Shown here: positions 44,896-55,942 of the stretch, piece after piece
How the letters are laid out: every line of letters begins with the position of its first letter
Numbering within the stretch: position 1 is the stretch's first letter
NCBI GenBank assembly: GCA_905178155.1
Contig: CAJINV010000002.1
Location: 434,376 to 498,375 of the forward strand
Direction: 5' to 3'
DNA: 64,000 nt
DNA from: Amoebophrya sp. A120
Lineage: Eukaryota; Protista; Dinoflagellata
The notes under the pieces: model-generated
Told to the model about the DNA's origin: nothing
What the model saw: the letters and a program-made list of their open reading frames with translations, nothing else
The model's database searches: none
Position numbers and translations under genes: made by a program

Positions 44896-47800
44896 CTACA
44901 CCCCCTGCGGCACCAGCCCCCCGGCACTCACGTCCACGGCCCGATCGCTCATGCGCCAAACCCGCACCGTCCTATCGTGAGACCCGGAAAAGAGGTAGTC
45001 TCGCATGCACAGCACGGATGAGACCGGTCCGCGGTGGCCCACAAAAGCATCCAGACACTGCAGGTTCTCGGCGTTCCACACCTGGGTATAGTAAAGTTTC
45101 TGCCCATGGCAAAGTTGCATCAATAGAGTGGAGGTGGAGTTCTGCAAGACAAAGTTTTAATTGTCATGCGAAAAACCTAACCAGCATGATAGAAACGTCT
45201 ATATATACCTTGACCACACAGTCCTTCGAACCCGTTATCAACCTTTCTTCTTCCGGGTCCATGCAGCAGCAGGTAATCCAGTCTGCGTGAATGTTATGAA
45301 CTGCAAACGTACTATCGCACTCGTATTGCCAGCACGCATTGCAAATCTTTTTCTTAAGCGAAATCTGCACTATCTTAAGGCAGATCCGCATTACAAATTG
45401 TATTTCTCACGGTGAGGAAATTTGTAATGCATTTATACGAGTGCGATACTTTATTTGCGGTTCATAAATGTGCAACTGCTGCGATTCGTTCTCCAAACTG
45501 TTCACGTTCCATTGCTTAATCGACCGATCCCGGGAGATATGAGAGCGCACAAGTCCCGCTCCTCGTCCTGATTTGTATGGCACAAACAGCAATACAAGCG
45601 TCGGCAGGCATGCAGGTTTTGCATGACAAATTTCCTGCCCAGAATTGTAAGTGCTTCTTGGGCTTCCAGAACTTGTCATGCGAAAAGTGCAACCAAGAAG
45701 CAAAGGGCGGACTTGGTACTTTGCATGACAAATGAGGGGGAGTTCTTGTGTACTCTCATAGGAGACGGAGTACATTTTCTTCAACTTCCTCGACACGGCA
45801 AGAGAGGTCACTCCATCGTAGTGAGGTGGCAGCAGCGGTTTCAGCAAAGACCACTTGTCCGCCGTGTTCCAGAGCTTGATCTGTTGATTTTTTCGTCTCG
45901 TCATATGAGAATTTTCCATCACAAAGAAGATTCGTTTTGAAAAACGACCGAATCGCATGGCACAGACAAACTACGAGGAGATCAGATCGAAAATGCAAAA
46001 ATCGGGAAAATCGTAATTGATTATGCAACTGCCACTGCGAAAATAAAACAATACCGTCCGATCCCTTCCCCCAGTCATCAAAATGTTCGGCGCAAGCTGC
46101 TGAATGGAGAATATTCCGCTGGTATGCGCATTCTCGACTACCAGCAACGCCTCGTATGTTACCAAGTCCCACACGCGCATCGTCCTGTTTCATTATCTCA
46201 CTCTCACATTTTTTAATCTATTATTCAAGTCATAACAAACTACTTCTGCAGTACGTCTACGTGCCAGTACACTATACTGCAGCGGACTTCTGCACCTAAT
46301 CGCCAATGACGAAAGTAGTCAAAACCAAAAGTAGGAAAATAAAAGTCATGATTATCACCTACACGACACTAAAACCAATTTAATACTTGTCTTCGCTCCC
46401 ACTGATGAAGATCGTATCCAAGACCTTCACACAGTGCACCTCATCCGTGTGTTGCCCGCTCAGCGTCTTTTGACAGCTAAACGTTTCCAAACTCCACACC
46501 TTCAGTATACCAAGTAAACACGTCCCCTACCCATTGTTGTCATTCAGATTTGCAGTTACAGGAAGATTTGTAATGCGCCTCCCCATGAGAGGCATTTCCA
46601 ATCGCGATTTGGCCTTTGTAATGCTGTAAACAAGAAGCGTAGAGGAATTTGTGTTGCGGCTGTACTTGCTAAACTGCACTACAATAGAGAGACGAACTTG
46701 TCAGGCTCGACTCCCAAAACTTCTCGATTTGTGTTGCGAGATCCCCGTCTTGACTCTGGGGTGGAGACGTTTTTACATAGGATATTCAGCGTTTTGTCAC
46801 TACTACCGCTGATCAACACCTTTTTCGCGTAACTCGAATCCAGGCACTTGACGAACCCGCGGTGACCCGGAATATCAACAGAAAAAACTGTTATTTCACT
46901 GTAAACTTGTAATGCAGAAAATGCATCTCACAAGTGTTTGCCTTGCAGCTACACATGCGAGACAGTGGATTTTCAGCTGTGTTTTCTCTTGGGACCCTTG
47001 CATGGCAAACTTTTTCTGTCATGTAGAACACATTTGTGATGCAAAACCTGCAAAATCGTTACAGTGAAACACTTTTTTCGTACGATATGGAAGCGTGCCG
47101 ATGTACTGCAGATTGTTTAAATCCCAGATCTATGCATTGCGAATATGTCTGGGTCTGGAACATCGCAACACCTGTCATGCTTGTCTGGCATGACTCGGAG
47201 CCCTGTCATGCGTAGGTGCAAAAAGATCGTTTTGTCTGTGATGCGAAAGCGCAGTCTGGCATGTGGAATACGCTACGCATAGCAGCTCAAAAATTTGTAA
47301 TGCTTGGCCACGTAATATAGTGCGATCGTTTTTATTCCCTGGCTTGCATCACAAGTTTCCAGACCCAGACATATTTGCATTTGATAAGATCATGATGGTG
47401 GAATCCTGTGACCCAGTGAAAAGCACGTCCCCAACGACACCTGTTTTTTTTTTTGTTGGAGACTGGAGTGTTGTGCCTGGCCAGCTGCACCGTATCAGAA
47501 ACGAAAGCAGCTTTGATGTTCTTGCATGTGAAAAACTGCAACCACCATCCATGGGATTCTGAAATAAAAAATGTGGTGCAAGTACATAAGCTCAGCACGA
47601 ATCCCGTGTGGCCTTGCAGTATGTGGACACAATTCTCGTCACTGTCAGAAACCCGTAGCGGCGTTGACCCGTCCTTATCAAATGCAAATATGTCTGGGTC
47701 TGGAAACTTGTGATGCAAGTCAGTCAATAACAAAAACAAATGCACTGTAATGCGCCGCCAAGCATGACAAGTTGCTTCGTGCTTCGTGCTGCGCATTCCG

Positions 47801-50798
47801 CATGAGAAACTGCGTTTTTGCATGACAGGCGAGAGAGGCTGTTTGTGGCCAGGCAATACAGATTTAAGGGCCATGCCAGATCAGCATGACAAATCTCGCA
47901 ATCTTCCAGACCAAGACATATTTGCAGTTGATAGTCCTTCAAAGTGTCCAGCTTCGATATGCTCCTCGCCTTTAGCATGGCAGACTTGCTGTTCTGCCTC
48001 CTGCTTTGCCCAGAGTTATACCCTATGCACTGCAAATATGTCTGGGTCTGGAAAGGTGCAAGGTTTGTCATGCTAGGCTAGCAAGACTCTTAAGTCTGTC
48101 ATGCACGTTACCCAAACGCCCTCTTTTTCTGTGATGCAGAAACGCAGTTTGTCATGCAGAATACGCAACACTTAGAAGCTCAGAAACTTGTCATGCTGAG
48201 CCATCATTTGTGGCCTCCACAGGCTAAGTCACTCAGCATTACAAGTTTCCAGACCCAGACATACTTGCATTTGATATACCCACCATCCGCAGAAAAAGAA
48301 GTAGCCACTGGCGGAGGTCCTCCGGCGCCGCTAGTGCTATGCAATGCAAAAGTATCGCACTCGTACTAATTGCAGTTATGCATTACAAATCCAGATGTTA
48401 AGGAGGTGGAGACAAATCCGCATTACAAATTCCGTTTCTAGTGCTGAGGAAATTTGTATTGCAATCACTACTAGTACGAAGATGCTTTTGCAGTTCATAA
48501 GTACTGGATGCAAGCGATTTATTGTTGTGTGCTGTCCGCGATGCCGGCCTGAAAGCGTTTTGTTCTCCTCGCGACGCTCGGAGAGATTTTCTTCCAGTAC
48601 CAGAGGACGAAGCAGCAACGGTGGTTCCCGGTTGCGGAAAGCGGTTTGAAGCTTGGTTTGGATTTATTGTGCGATTGAAGTCACGACTGTACCGGTTACT
48701 TTCTGCTCCCGTCGCGGGTGAGGAGGATGAACCCAGTCCAGCTGCTGCTCCTCCACCACTCCCTTTCGGCGACGACCTCCCACTCGCATGCAGCTGCTGC
48801 TGTTGATACAGGGAAGAAGCTGTTCCTGCTGGTCCTGATTTTATTTGCTGATGCAGTTGCGTTGCTGCTTGCAGCTGCCCAGGACTAGCGGCGCTAGAGC
48901 GAGCCTGTAGTCCTGGTCTACTGGAAGTACTGTGATGTACTTTATCCAGGAAAAAAAGATTGTAGGTGTAACTTTCTTGGAGGATTAGCATGACAAATAT
49001 CTCTTGCATGACAGCAAAAACCTGTCATGCGCAGCTAGTACGGGAAAACTCCGTTGAATGACCCCTACAATGCAGGCACAGCATGACAGGCTCAAGCAAT
49101 TTGCATGTTGCGCATCACAAATTTACACTAACAACGTTTTTTTCTTTGATATACTTCCAAATTGGACTTCAAAATTCGCAGCAGAATCTTCGTGTCCTGT
49201 GGCAAAGAGGTCGATAAACTCAGCACCTCTCTATCTCCCTCCGCGGCGTAGAATTTGTATTCGCTGTTTGCGATGAATTTGTTGCTGTATCAACTGCAAA
49301 AGTGTCTGGGTCTGGAAGGATCCGAATTTGTGATGCGGCCTCCACAACACGCGCGAATCTCTCATGCATATTAGGCAGCAAAAGGTTCCCATTTTCTGTC
49401 ACCAACCAGGGGGATTTGTCATGCGGATTAAGCATTGCGGAACGTTTTCGAAATCTGTGATCATGCTAGGGCTTCCATGACAGACCTTCTGTGTCATGCA
49501 AAAACACCATGACAGAAATCTGCATTTTTCCAGACCCAGACATGTTTGCGTTTGATATGCTGTCGTTGTAGCCCAGAGCGGTGAAAACGGCGCGCTCGAT
49601 GTCGTCTACCGTGGCTCCGGGGTACCAGACGACCGGCGTGAAAGACGATGTTGTAGTATTGGCAGAGGCAGCTGCTTCTGCGAACATTTCGTCCGACAAT
49701 GTCGTTGTTGTACTACTACCCACCTGCTGCTCCGCATATCAAATGTAAAAATGTCTGGGTCTGGAAACTTGTGATGCTGTGTGGCATATCATGAGGAGGC
49801 CACAATTGCTGGCTCAGCATGACAAGTTTCTGAGCTTCTAGGTGTTGCCTATTCTGCATGACAAACTACGTTTCTGCATGACAGAAAAGTGGGGCTCTTT
49901 GTTAATGTGCATGACAGATTTAAGAGTCGTGCCAGACAAGCATGACAAACTTGCATTCTTCCAGACCCAGACATTTTTACATTTGATACCGCAGTTCTAG
50001 CGAGGATTTCCTTCACGAAAAGCCTTCTTTTCGACATATTCTGAGTAAAAACGTCGCCACCCCAGAGTTATCACGCAAATGCGCATGCCAAAAACGTTTC
50101 TCATGCGGAGCCCCATGAGAAGCGTTTTTTATTCATATTTGGGAATTTGTGATGCTAGAATCAACATGTTATGCTGGATCTCTGATGCCTCTGAACTAGC
50201 GAAACAGGATTACAATACGAAGATAAATTTGTCATGCGAAACAACCAACGCCGGTGGATTTGTGTAGCAGATTTCGCATCTTGACCCTGGTGTGGGGACG
50301 TTTTTACTCAGGATACGGCACGATGAGCTTGATGTTGCATCCGTCATACAACTGCTTCACTGCCTCGACCAAGGAAAACTGCTCGGGGAATTTGGGATGG
50401 GACACCACCAATTCCTGCCCAGTACCGACGTATGACCTGCTCAAGCGTTACAGTCTCAAACGTTACACTAGAGCCTGGATTTTGTATTGCATGATGAGCA
50501 GCATGACAGACTGGGACAGCACTCCACTTTCTGCAATACAAATTTCGCCAGATTGTAGTGCGGGATGGGACTGCGGAACTTGTCATGCGCAATCCTATGA
50601 GAGTTGGCTAGATAATGCACTTCTCGCATCACAGATTTCCATATTCTGTTGTAGCGTTTGAGACTGTAACACCTGAGCAGGTTATACGACGTCGAGCTGT
50701 TTTTTTAGTTGTTGGATGGTCTGCGGCAATTCCAGCTCCCGGCATATCTGCTCGTCGAAGTGGGGGAGTTTCAGGAAAATCGTGATGGTTTTGCTCAT
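44896..50798 (-). CDS. WD40-repeat (beta-propeller) protein with N-terminal extension
   Basis: About seven repeats after splicing: GHTGFVLSL, FTGSQDSTIMIWD, GHRGFVKCL..ISGSSDKTLKVWS, QHTDEV..ISGSEDK..MRVWD, AHTSGIF..MTGGRDRTIKLWN, SRDRSIKQWN, ITGSKDCVVKVWN, GHRGPV..FSGSHDRTVRVW. Contains 13 introners and several GT-AG introns. Confidence 0.9.
45295..45466. mobile_element. Introner family B
   Basis: TSD AATGT. Confidence 0.9.
45538..45760. mobile_element. Introner, singleton TIR (TATGAGAGCGCACAAG/CTTGTGTACTCTCATA)
   Basis: TSD GGAGA; joins YSVS-RDRS. Confidence 0.88.
46506..46784. mobile_element. Introner family D
   Basis: TSD TTCAG; joins DKTL-KVWS. Confidence 0.9.
46873..47087. mobile_element. 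Introner, singleton TIR
   Basis: TAT...ATA, TSD CGGAA/TGGAA; joins GTLP-GHRG. Confidence 0.85.
47131..47386. mobile_element. Introner family A
   Basis: TSD AGATC; joins TIMI-WDLN. Confidence 0.93.
47676..47933. mobile_element. Introner family A
   Basis: TSD GTCCT. Confidence 0.92.
48024..48276. mobile_element. Introner family A
   Basis: TSD TACCC. Confidence 0.92.
48338..48499. mobile_element. Introner family B
   Basis: TSD AGTGC/AGTAC. Confidence 0.88.
48943..49151. mobile_element. Introner, singleton TIR
   Basis: TAT...ATA, TSD TACTT, internal GCATGACA motifs. Confidence 0.85.
49288..49557. mobile_element. Introner family A
   Basis: TSD TGCTG. Confidence 0.92.
49737..49988. mobile_element. 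Introner family A (reverse orientation of 6857-7108)
   Basis: TSD CCGCA. Confidence 0.93.
50037..50315. mobile_element. Introner family D
   Basis: TSD CGACA/CGGCA. Confidence 0.88.
50431..50686. mobile_element. Introner family E-related
   Basis: TSD CGACG; TIR TATGACCTGCTCAAGCGTTACAGTCTCAAACG. Confidence 0.9.
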
Positions 50799-51519
50799 TT
50801 TTTCGCTCGGGTGTGGTTTGGCTTTGGTCCTAGAAGTCCTGAGGTCGGGACGTGAGAAGTCCGTCGACGGATTTTTGCGGAGCAGGGGTGTTGAAGGTCA
50901 GTTCGTCGAACAGCAGGAGAAGGCGGCGGACAGAGAAGTGACTCGTCTCACATGGCTAGCAACTACATGGCCGGAGCTGCTGAAGCGCATCATCTTCACG
51001 CCCGCGTCCGCGAAACACGGCGTTGCTCTTGGGCATTCAACACATCAGGAATGCGAATACATGCCGCGCTTGTGTTGCGACGATGAATAAACACTGGACG
51101 AAAAGACGGCACAACAAAAGCGGAATGAAGACTACTGTCATAAAACTATCCGTGGTTCTGGTTGCGCCGCGCTCCTGCTGCTCGCCCACACGCAATCGTA
51201 ACTGAGCGCTGTGGAGGTCGTCACAAACTCAACTCAAGACACCCACACAGCCCTCATCTCATTCACATCACAACATCTTTTGTATGTCCACTGACTGTCG
51301 CTCACGGTCACGCGGCGCTCCTCACCTTCGCTTCCACGTGTCGCAAAGAAAATGAACACGAAGATACTTCGGAGACAACAAGCCGAAACAAACCAGAGCC
51401 AGTCTTAGTCAGTCAGTGCCCACTGTAGGCGTTTCCACATCAATAAACCCGACCAAAATTTTATACCCGCCCCCGGAAAGACGAGGAGAGACAAGGCAAC
51501 AAACGTTGGACCACCCCAC

Positions 51520-52340
51520 TGCCTGCGCCTTGGCACGCTTCTTTTTATTCTGACTGCGGGGAGGGGCTCGGCTGGCAGCGGCTACAACACCCTTGCCCGG
51601 CCGTTGCCGGCGACCCAACGGGGACGGATAACAGGGGCGCGCAAGCAGGCCCGACGGGAGCGGGCGGGCCGGGTAAGGGTCGACCACACAACCACATGGG
51701 GACGGGCGGGGCCATCGCAAGCGACCGAGGCCCCCCCCGGGCGCCCGCCCGTGGCCCGCGCACAAAGTGCGCGGGCGAGGGCCTGGGTGCTCCTTCTACA
51801 TACTCCGGGGCGTGCGCGGCTGGGTTCATTTTCGTCTGCGCCCTCCTTTGCACCCCCGCCGGCGCACGGCCCCCCCCGCCGCGAGTGGCAGGCCTTCCAG
51901 AGAGAAAATTTTATTGGCCAACTCGCCAGCCGGGCCGGTCATAGCGGCCAAACCTCTCGCGCCGTGGCGCGCCCCCCTAAGGCGGCCCCCAGAAGCACAG
52001 CCACACAAGGAAGCCAAGCAAAGAAACCATGGCCCAACGGCGGGCGGCACCAGCGCACGGCCACGCGCCAGAAAGTGAAACTGCGCGGCTGCCGGAGCCC
52101 GACTTTAGTCCGCGAAGGCGCGCCGAAGTTGGCACAAAGTGCGCACGACGATAACGCGCAGGCGGCCGCCTGCTGCCATATCTATGCGCTGCGCCGCCCT
52201 GGCGCTGCGACGAACCCCCCACGCCGCGAGCTCTCTAGCCGCGTAGTGCTGCGCGTGAGGTTCTTTACTGGAAACGCACAAGCCTGCCAGTCATGGCCTC
52301 GCGCTTTCTTTGATTGCTCTAGCAGGGCCAGCCTGCGCGT
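51520..52340. other. GC-rich intergenic island 3
   Basis: Compositional signature as above. Confidence 0.7.
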
Positions 52341-52677
52341 TCTCTCACTCTCACACAGACGACGAGCCACCTGTGTTTACTAGAGTATTGCGGTGCTACA
52401 AAACGCGAAACATGCGAGGCATTTGCACCAACGCGTCGGAACCAACACGACCAGCCTCAGAGACAATTCCTCGGAGACAATTCCTGGGAAATACCAGTTT
52501 TTTTCCTGAGTCGGAACTCGGAAGTGCAGACGCGTCAGATACTTTCGATTCATATCGGATGCGCATTTAGATTTATATAGAATCCTCCTTGTCCTTGCCT
52601 CAGAATCTTGTTCAGAAATTCCCTTCCACTCGTCGTTTCAAAAACGTCGATACAACTCAAAGCACTTTCAAGCTTCT

Positions 52678-53801
52678 TTACGAAGCCAGCGTTTTCCACA
52701 GTGCCTGAAACACGAAGGAGAATTCCCTCTCACTGAACGTCGTAGTCCGAAAATCAAACTCCGTACCCGCAAGAATTTTCATGTTCGCCAACACCTTCTC
52801 CAATAATTCGTCTAGATCTTCCCGAATGTGCTTCTGCTCAACGTCGCCCCCGCCAAATCGCACCCCAAACCCTGTCACATCCAGTAACTGCATATGCCAG
52901 GAAAAAAATTAACCTTCCCTACCCAGTTTTTGCATGACAGACACAGAACTTGCTACATGTTTTGCATGACAAATCGGATGGGGATGGTTAATTTTCAGGG
53001 AATACTGCAGCAAAACTTCGACTCCGCACACATCCAGCAGAAAGGCCTTCACCTGGTTTTTCGTTATCCTCGGTTCGTAGCCCGCGTCGTTGGTCTCACA
53101 ATGGTGTTTCTCCATGTATCTTTTACAAACGTGCCGCTGCTCCGAATCGCTCCACTGATGCAGGAAGTGGGTCTCGAAGTGATAATCGTGGTTTTTGCCG
53201 GAACTATTATTATGGTGTGTAAGCTTCTGTACCACGGCGTGGTGATGTGGTGGAGGGAATGATGTAAGTCTCCTGTCAATTGTTGTGCCATGATCTTCGC
53301 CAATGCCGTCGAGAGCGAAAGCCCCTGTAGAAGTAGAAGAAGTCCTGCTTGACGATCTGTACCGCTCGCCATTTTGCATGGAGCGGATCGGCGTGAAGCT
53401 GTGATTCAACTTGCCGTGGGGTTTGTCAATGACGAACCGGTCAGTTTGCTTCATCTTTGTAGTCGTTGTAGCTGGAGAGGGCGGGGTCTTTCCGTTTCGA
53501 CGGCCTCTTTTCGACGCGCACGCGCTTATCTCCCGGGCCATGGGAAGCACGACCGGCGTGAACGAGTGAAGCGATATATCACACAGAAAAAAGCAGCCAG
53601 GTCAAATTTGTAATGCAAAAATAAATATGCAAAAAAATCTGTATTACATAACCGAAACAACATGCTATGTGGCCGCCCATGCCAGATTTTTCTGCGTATT
53701 TATTTTTGCATTACAAATCTGCCCTGCCTGCTTTTTTCTCCGGGATACGATACATCCGCCGTTGGGGACTTGGAACGGGGACGGGAGGTGGCGGAGGTCA
53801 T
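52678..53801 (-). CDS. Hypothetical protein; C-terminal half possibly degenerate EF-hand-like
   Basis: MTSATSRPRSKSPTADV-SLHSF...VEVLLQ-LLDVTGF...LWKTLAS* after removing two introners; ITKNQVKAFL and FSEREFSFVF resemble EF-hand exit helices (weak). Confidence 0.7.
52893..53004. mobile_element. Short introner (112 bp), singleton TIR
   Basis: TSD CTGCA; TAT...ATA; GCATGACA motifs. Confidence 0.87.
53577..53747. mobile_element. Introner, singleton with long TIR
   Basis: TSD CGATA; ~55-bp imperfect inverted repeat. Confidence 0.88.
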
Positions 53802-54199
53802 TATGCGTGCGATACTGTACCCTTGGAGCTCCTACCTTTACGTTAGTATGCGCCTTGTTCTTTTCTAATGTATAAAACAGGATTTCGGAGAAGTGTTTTT
53901 TAAAATTTAGTTGGCTAGTAGATGAAGGATGGAGCTATGCTCAAATCTCACTCTCAGAGGTCGTTCACGAAGAATAGAAGATCGCCGGGAACTACGTGAT
54001 AGGGCGTTTTTTTCCTGAAAAGCGTGGCCGATATGGTCGTCCTGGCGAAAGAAAGGGGCGCACACACTCACGCAACGATCGACAGCTGCCGCTACCCTTG
54101 TACGCGGTTCCACGCAGAGTTGAAAAGGAGGTGAAGCCGCCCAAAAAGCGGACGCATTCGCTTGTTAGTTGCCACGAAATACGCAAGCCTGTCAGGCAG

Positions 54200-55315
54200 C
54201 GGCCGGGCCAAATATCCGGGCGGCAGACGATCACTCGTTCGAAGAGACCGAAACGGCCGTGGCGCCCGCGGGTCGGACAGCAACCAAGGAGCAACCCGGG
54301 CGGCCGCGGCGCTGGCTTGCAAAAGGCGGCGCGGAAGGGGGGGCGCTCTGCCCTTGGCGCAGGGGGGTCCTGGTAAACAAAGGAGTCCCACCGGCAACGA
54401 ACAATGTATCAGCCTGGCTGCGCGCCCTTGGGCTTGGCGCAACGGCGGTCGGGGGGGCCGGCAAAGGCCGGGGCTATGCCGGGGGCCTTCCGGATTCCTC
54501 CCCCCCCCAAATGCGCAGGCGGACGCACGGGCCCGCGAACAGGCACTGCATGCAAAAACACGCCCGCGGCGCCGCGCCCGATCAAAAAAACCAAAACGCC
54601 CGGGCCCCGATTGGGCCCGCACGCGAAAGAAAGACCGGGGCGGGCACCCCCCCCCCCCCCCGGCGGGGTGGGGCTTCTTCTTAGTATATGGCGCCAGAGG
54701 GTCGCGGTCCGCCAGCCTCTTCTTGGCGCTGGGGGGACAGTTCGCCCCGGCTGCGCCAGCACTGTTTGGAAATGTGCGAAAGTCGGTGGGGCGCGCGCCA
54801 GAGGTGTGGCGCCGGGAGGGCGCCCGCCTTTCCGCGAGAAAAGAACCTTGGCGGGCCCGGCGGGCGCCGCCACTGACTCCGGCGCGCCCCCCCCTGGTAT
54901 GTTCATGGGACTTAGCAAAGCGGGCGGCGCACAGACGCGCGGGCCCGGCGGGCAGGCCCGGCCTGCGGGGCGCTCGCCGGCTGTTACTTACCTCGGCAAG
55001 CTTGCTGCCGGAACAGCACTGGCGCCGGCGCAGGCTACCCCCTCCGGCCGTGTGCCTTTGCTGGTGCCCCCTGTACTCTGCGCCGGCGCGGGCTGGCGCA
55101 TGGTTGGCAGGCAGGCAGCGCCCACGGCGCGGCCCGACAGCTGCGCGCCTTGCCTCCCCAACATCGTTCGCCAGGCACTGGCTGCCTGCGCCGCAGAAAA
55201 AGGCGCCGCCTCCTGCGTTCACCCCCCTCGCAACCCTTGGGCCGGGGGTGCGGCAGATCCGGCAAACTTGGGCCGGGCGCGCTGTCGCGCGGCTGCTGCA
55301 TCGGCGCGGCTATTC
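54200..55315. other. GC-rich intergenic island 4
   Basis: Extreme GC content with poly-C runs; stop-poor in all frames. Confidence 0.7.
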
Positions 55316-55942
55316 CCCAAAACAATGACCGAAGGCGCTACTTCTATTGACAGCTCATAGATACAGATCGTTTTTCTTTGGTTCTGCTCGTCTTGGTTCG
55401 ACCGACAGGTCCTGCGTCTGCAGCAAGAATGATAGCCGTCCGAGAATTTGCTTTTGCATTGGTTGAACACGCAGATCTTTTAGATTCACGAGAGCCTTTC
55501 TGCCCGTGAAGGTTTAAGAACTTCGAGTTCGTAGGTGCTCGACGTTAAAGTTTACTCTCACTTCTGTCAAAAGCTCGACAACAAATTTGCACCTATCGTT
55601 CAAGCAGCGATGTGCTGCTGGGTCATCAAAGTGGTCAATGCGTCAATAAAATCAAGTTTCAAATGAATTGAATACGTACTTCTATTCGCTTTGGGCGCGG
55701 GAAAAGATAAAAGTAAAAGCTCACTGTACTAGTACAACTAGCTCCGCTACACCGAAGATCTGTTTATTTCCATCATGATCATCTATTTGCGCGGCGGGGT
55801 AAAAGTTATAGGTATCATAAGTTTTCTTGTTCAATTTTAACATAAGTAAACACGAGTAGAAGTTGATGTGCTACTGGAAGAGGAAGATGAGAAGTAGATC
55901 TTCTTCACCCGTATTAATCACTTTTACGTCCAGCACGCAACC

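Noticed and set aside
54092-55360. Long overlapping ORFs (318-388 aa) in the GC island; likewise 30682-31959 and 51604-52383
   Set aside because: R/A/G/P-rich and open on both strands, as expected from stop-codon scarcity at very high GC; no motifs.
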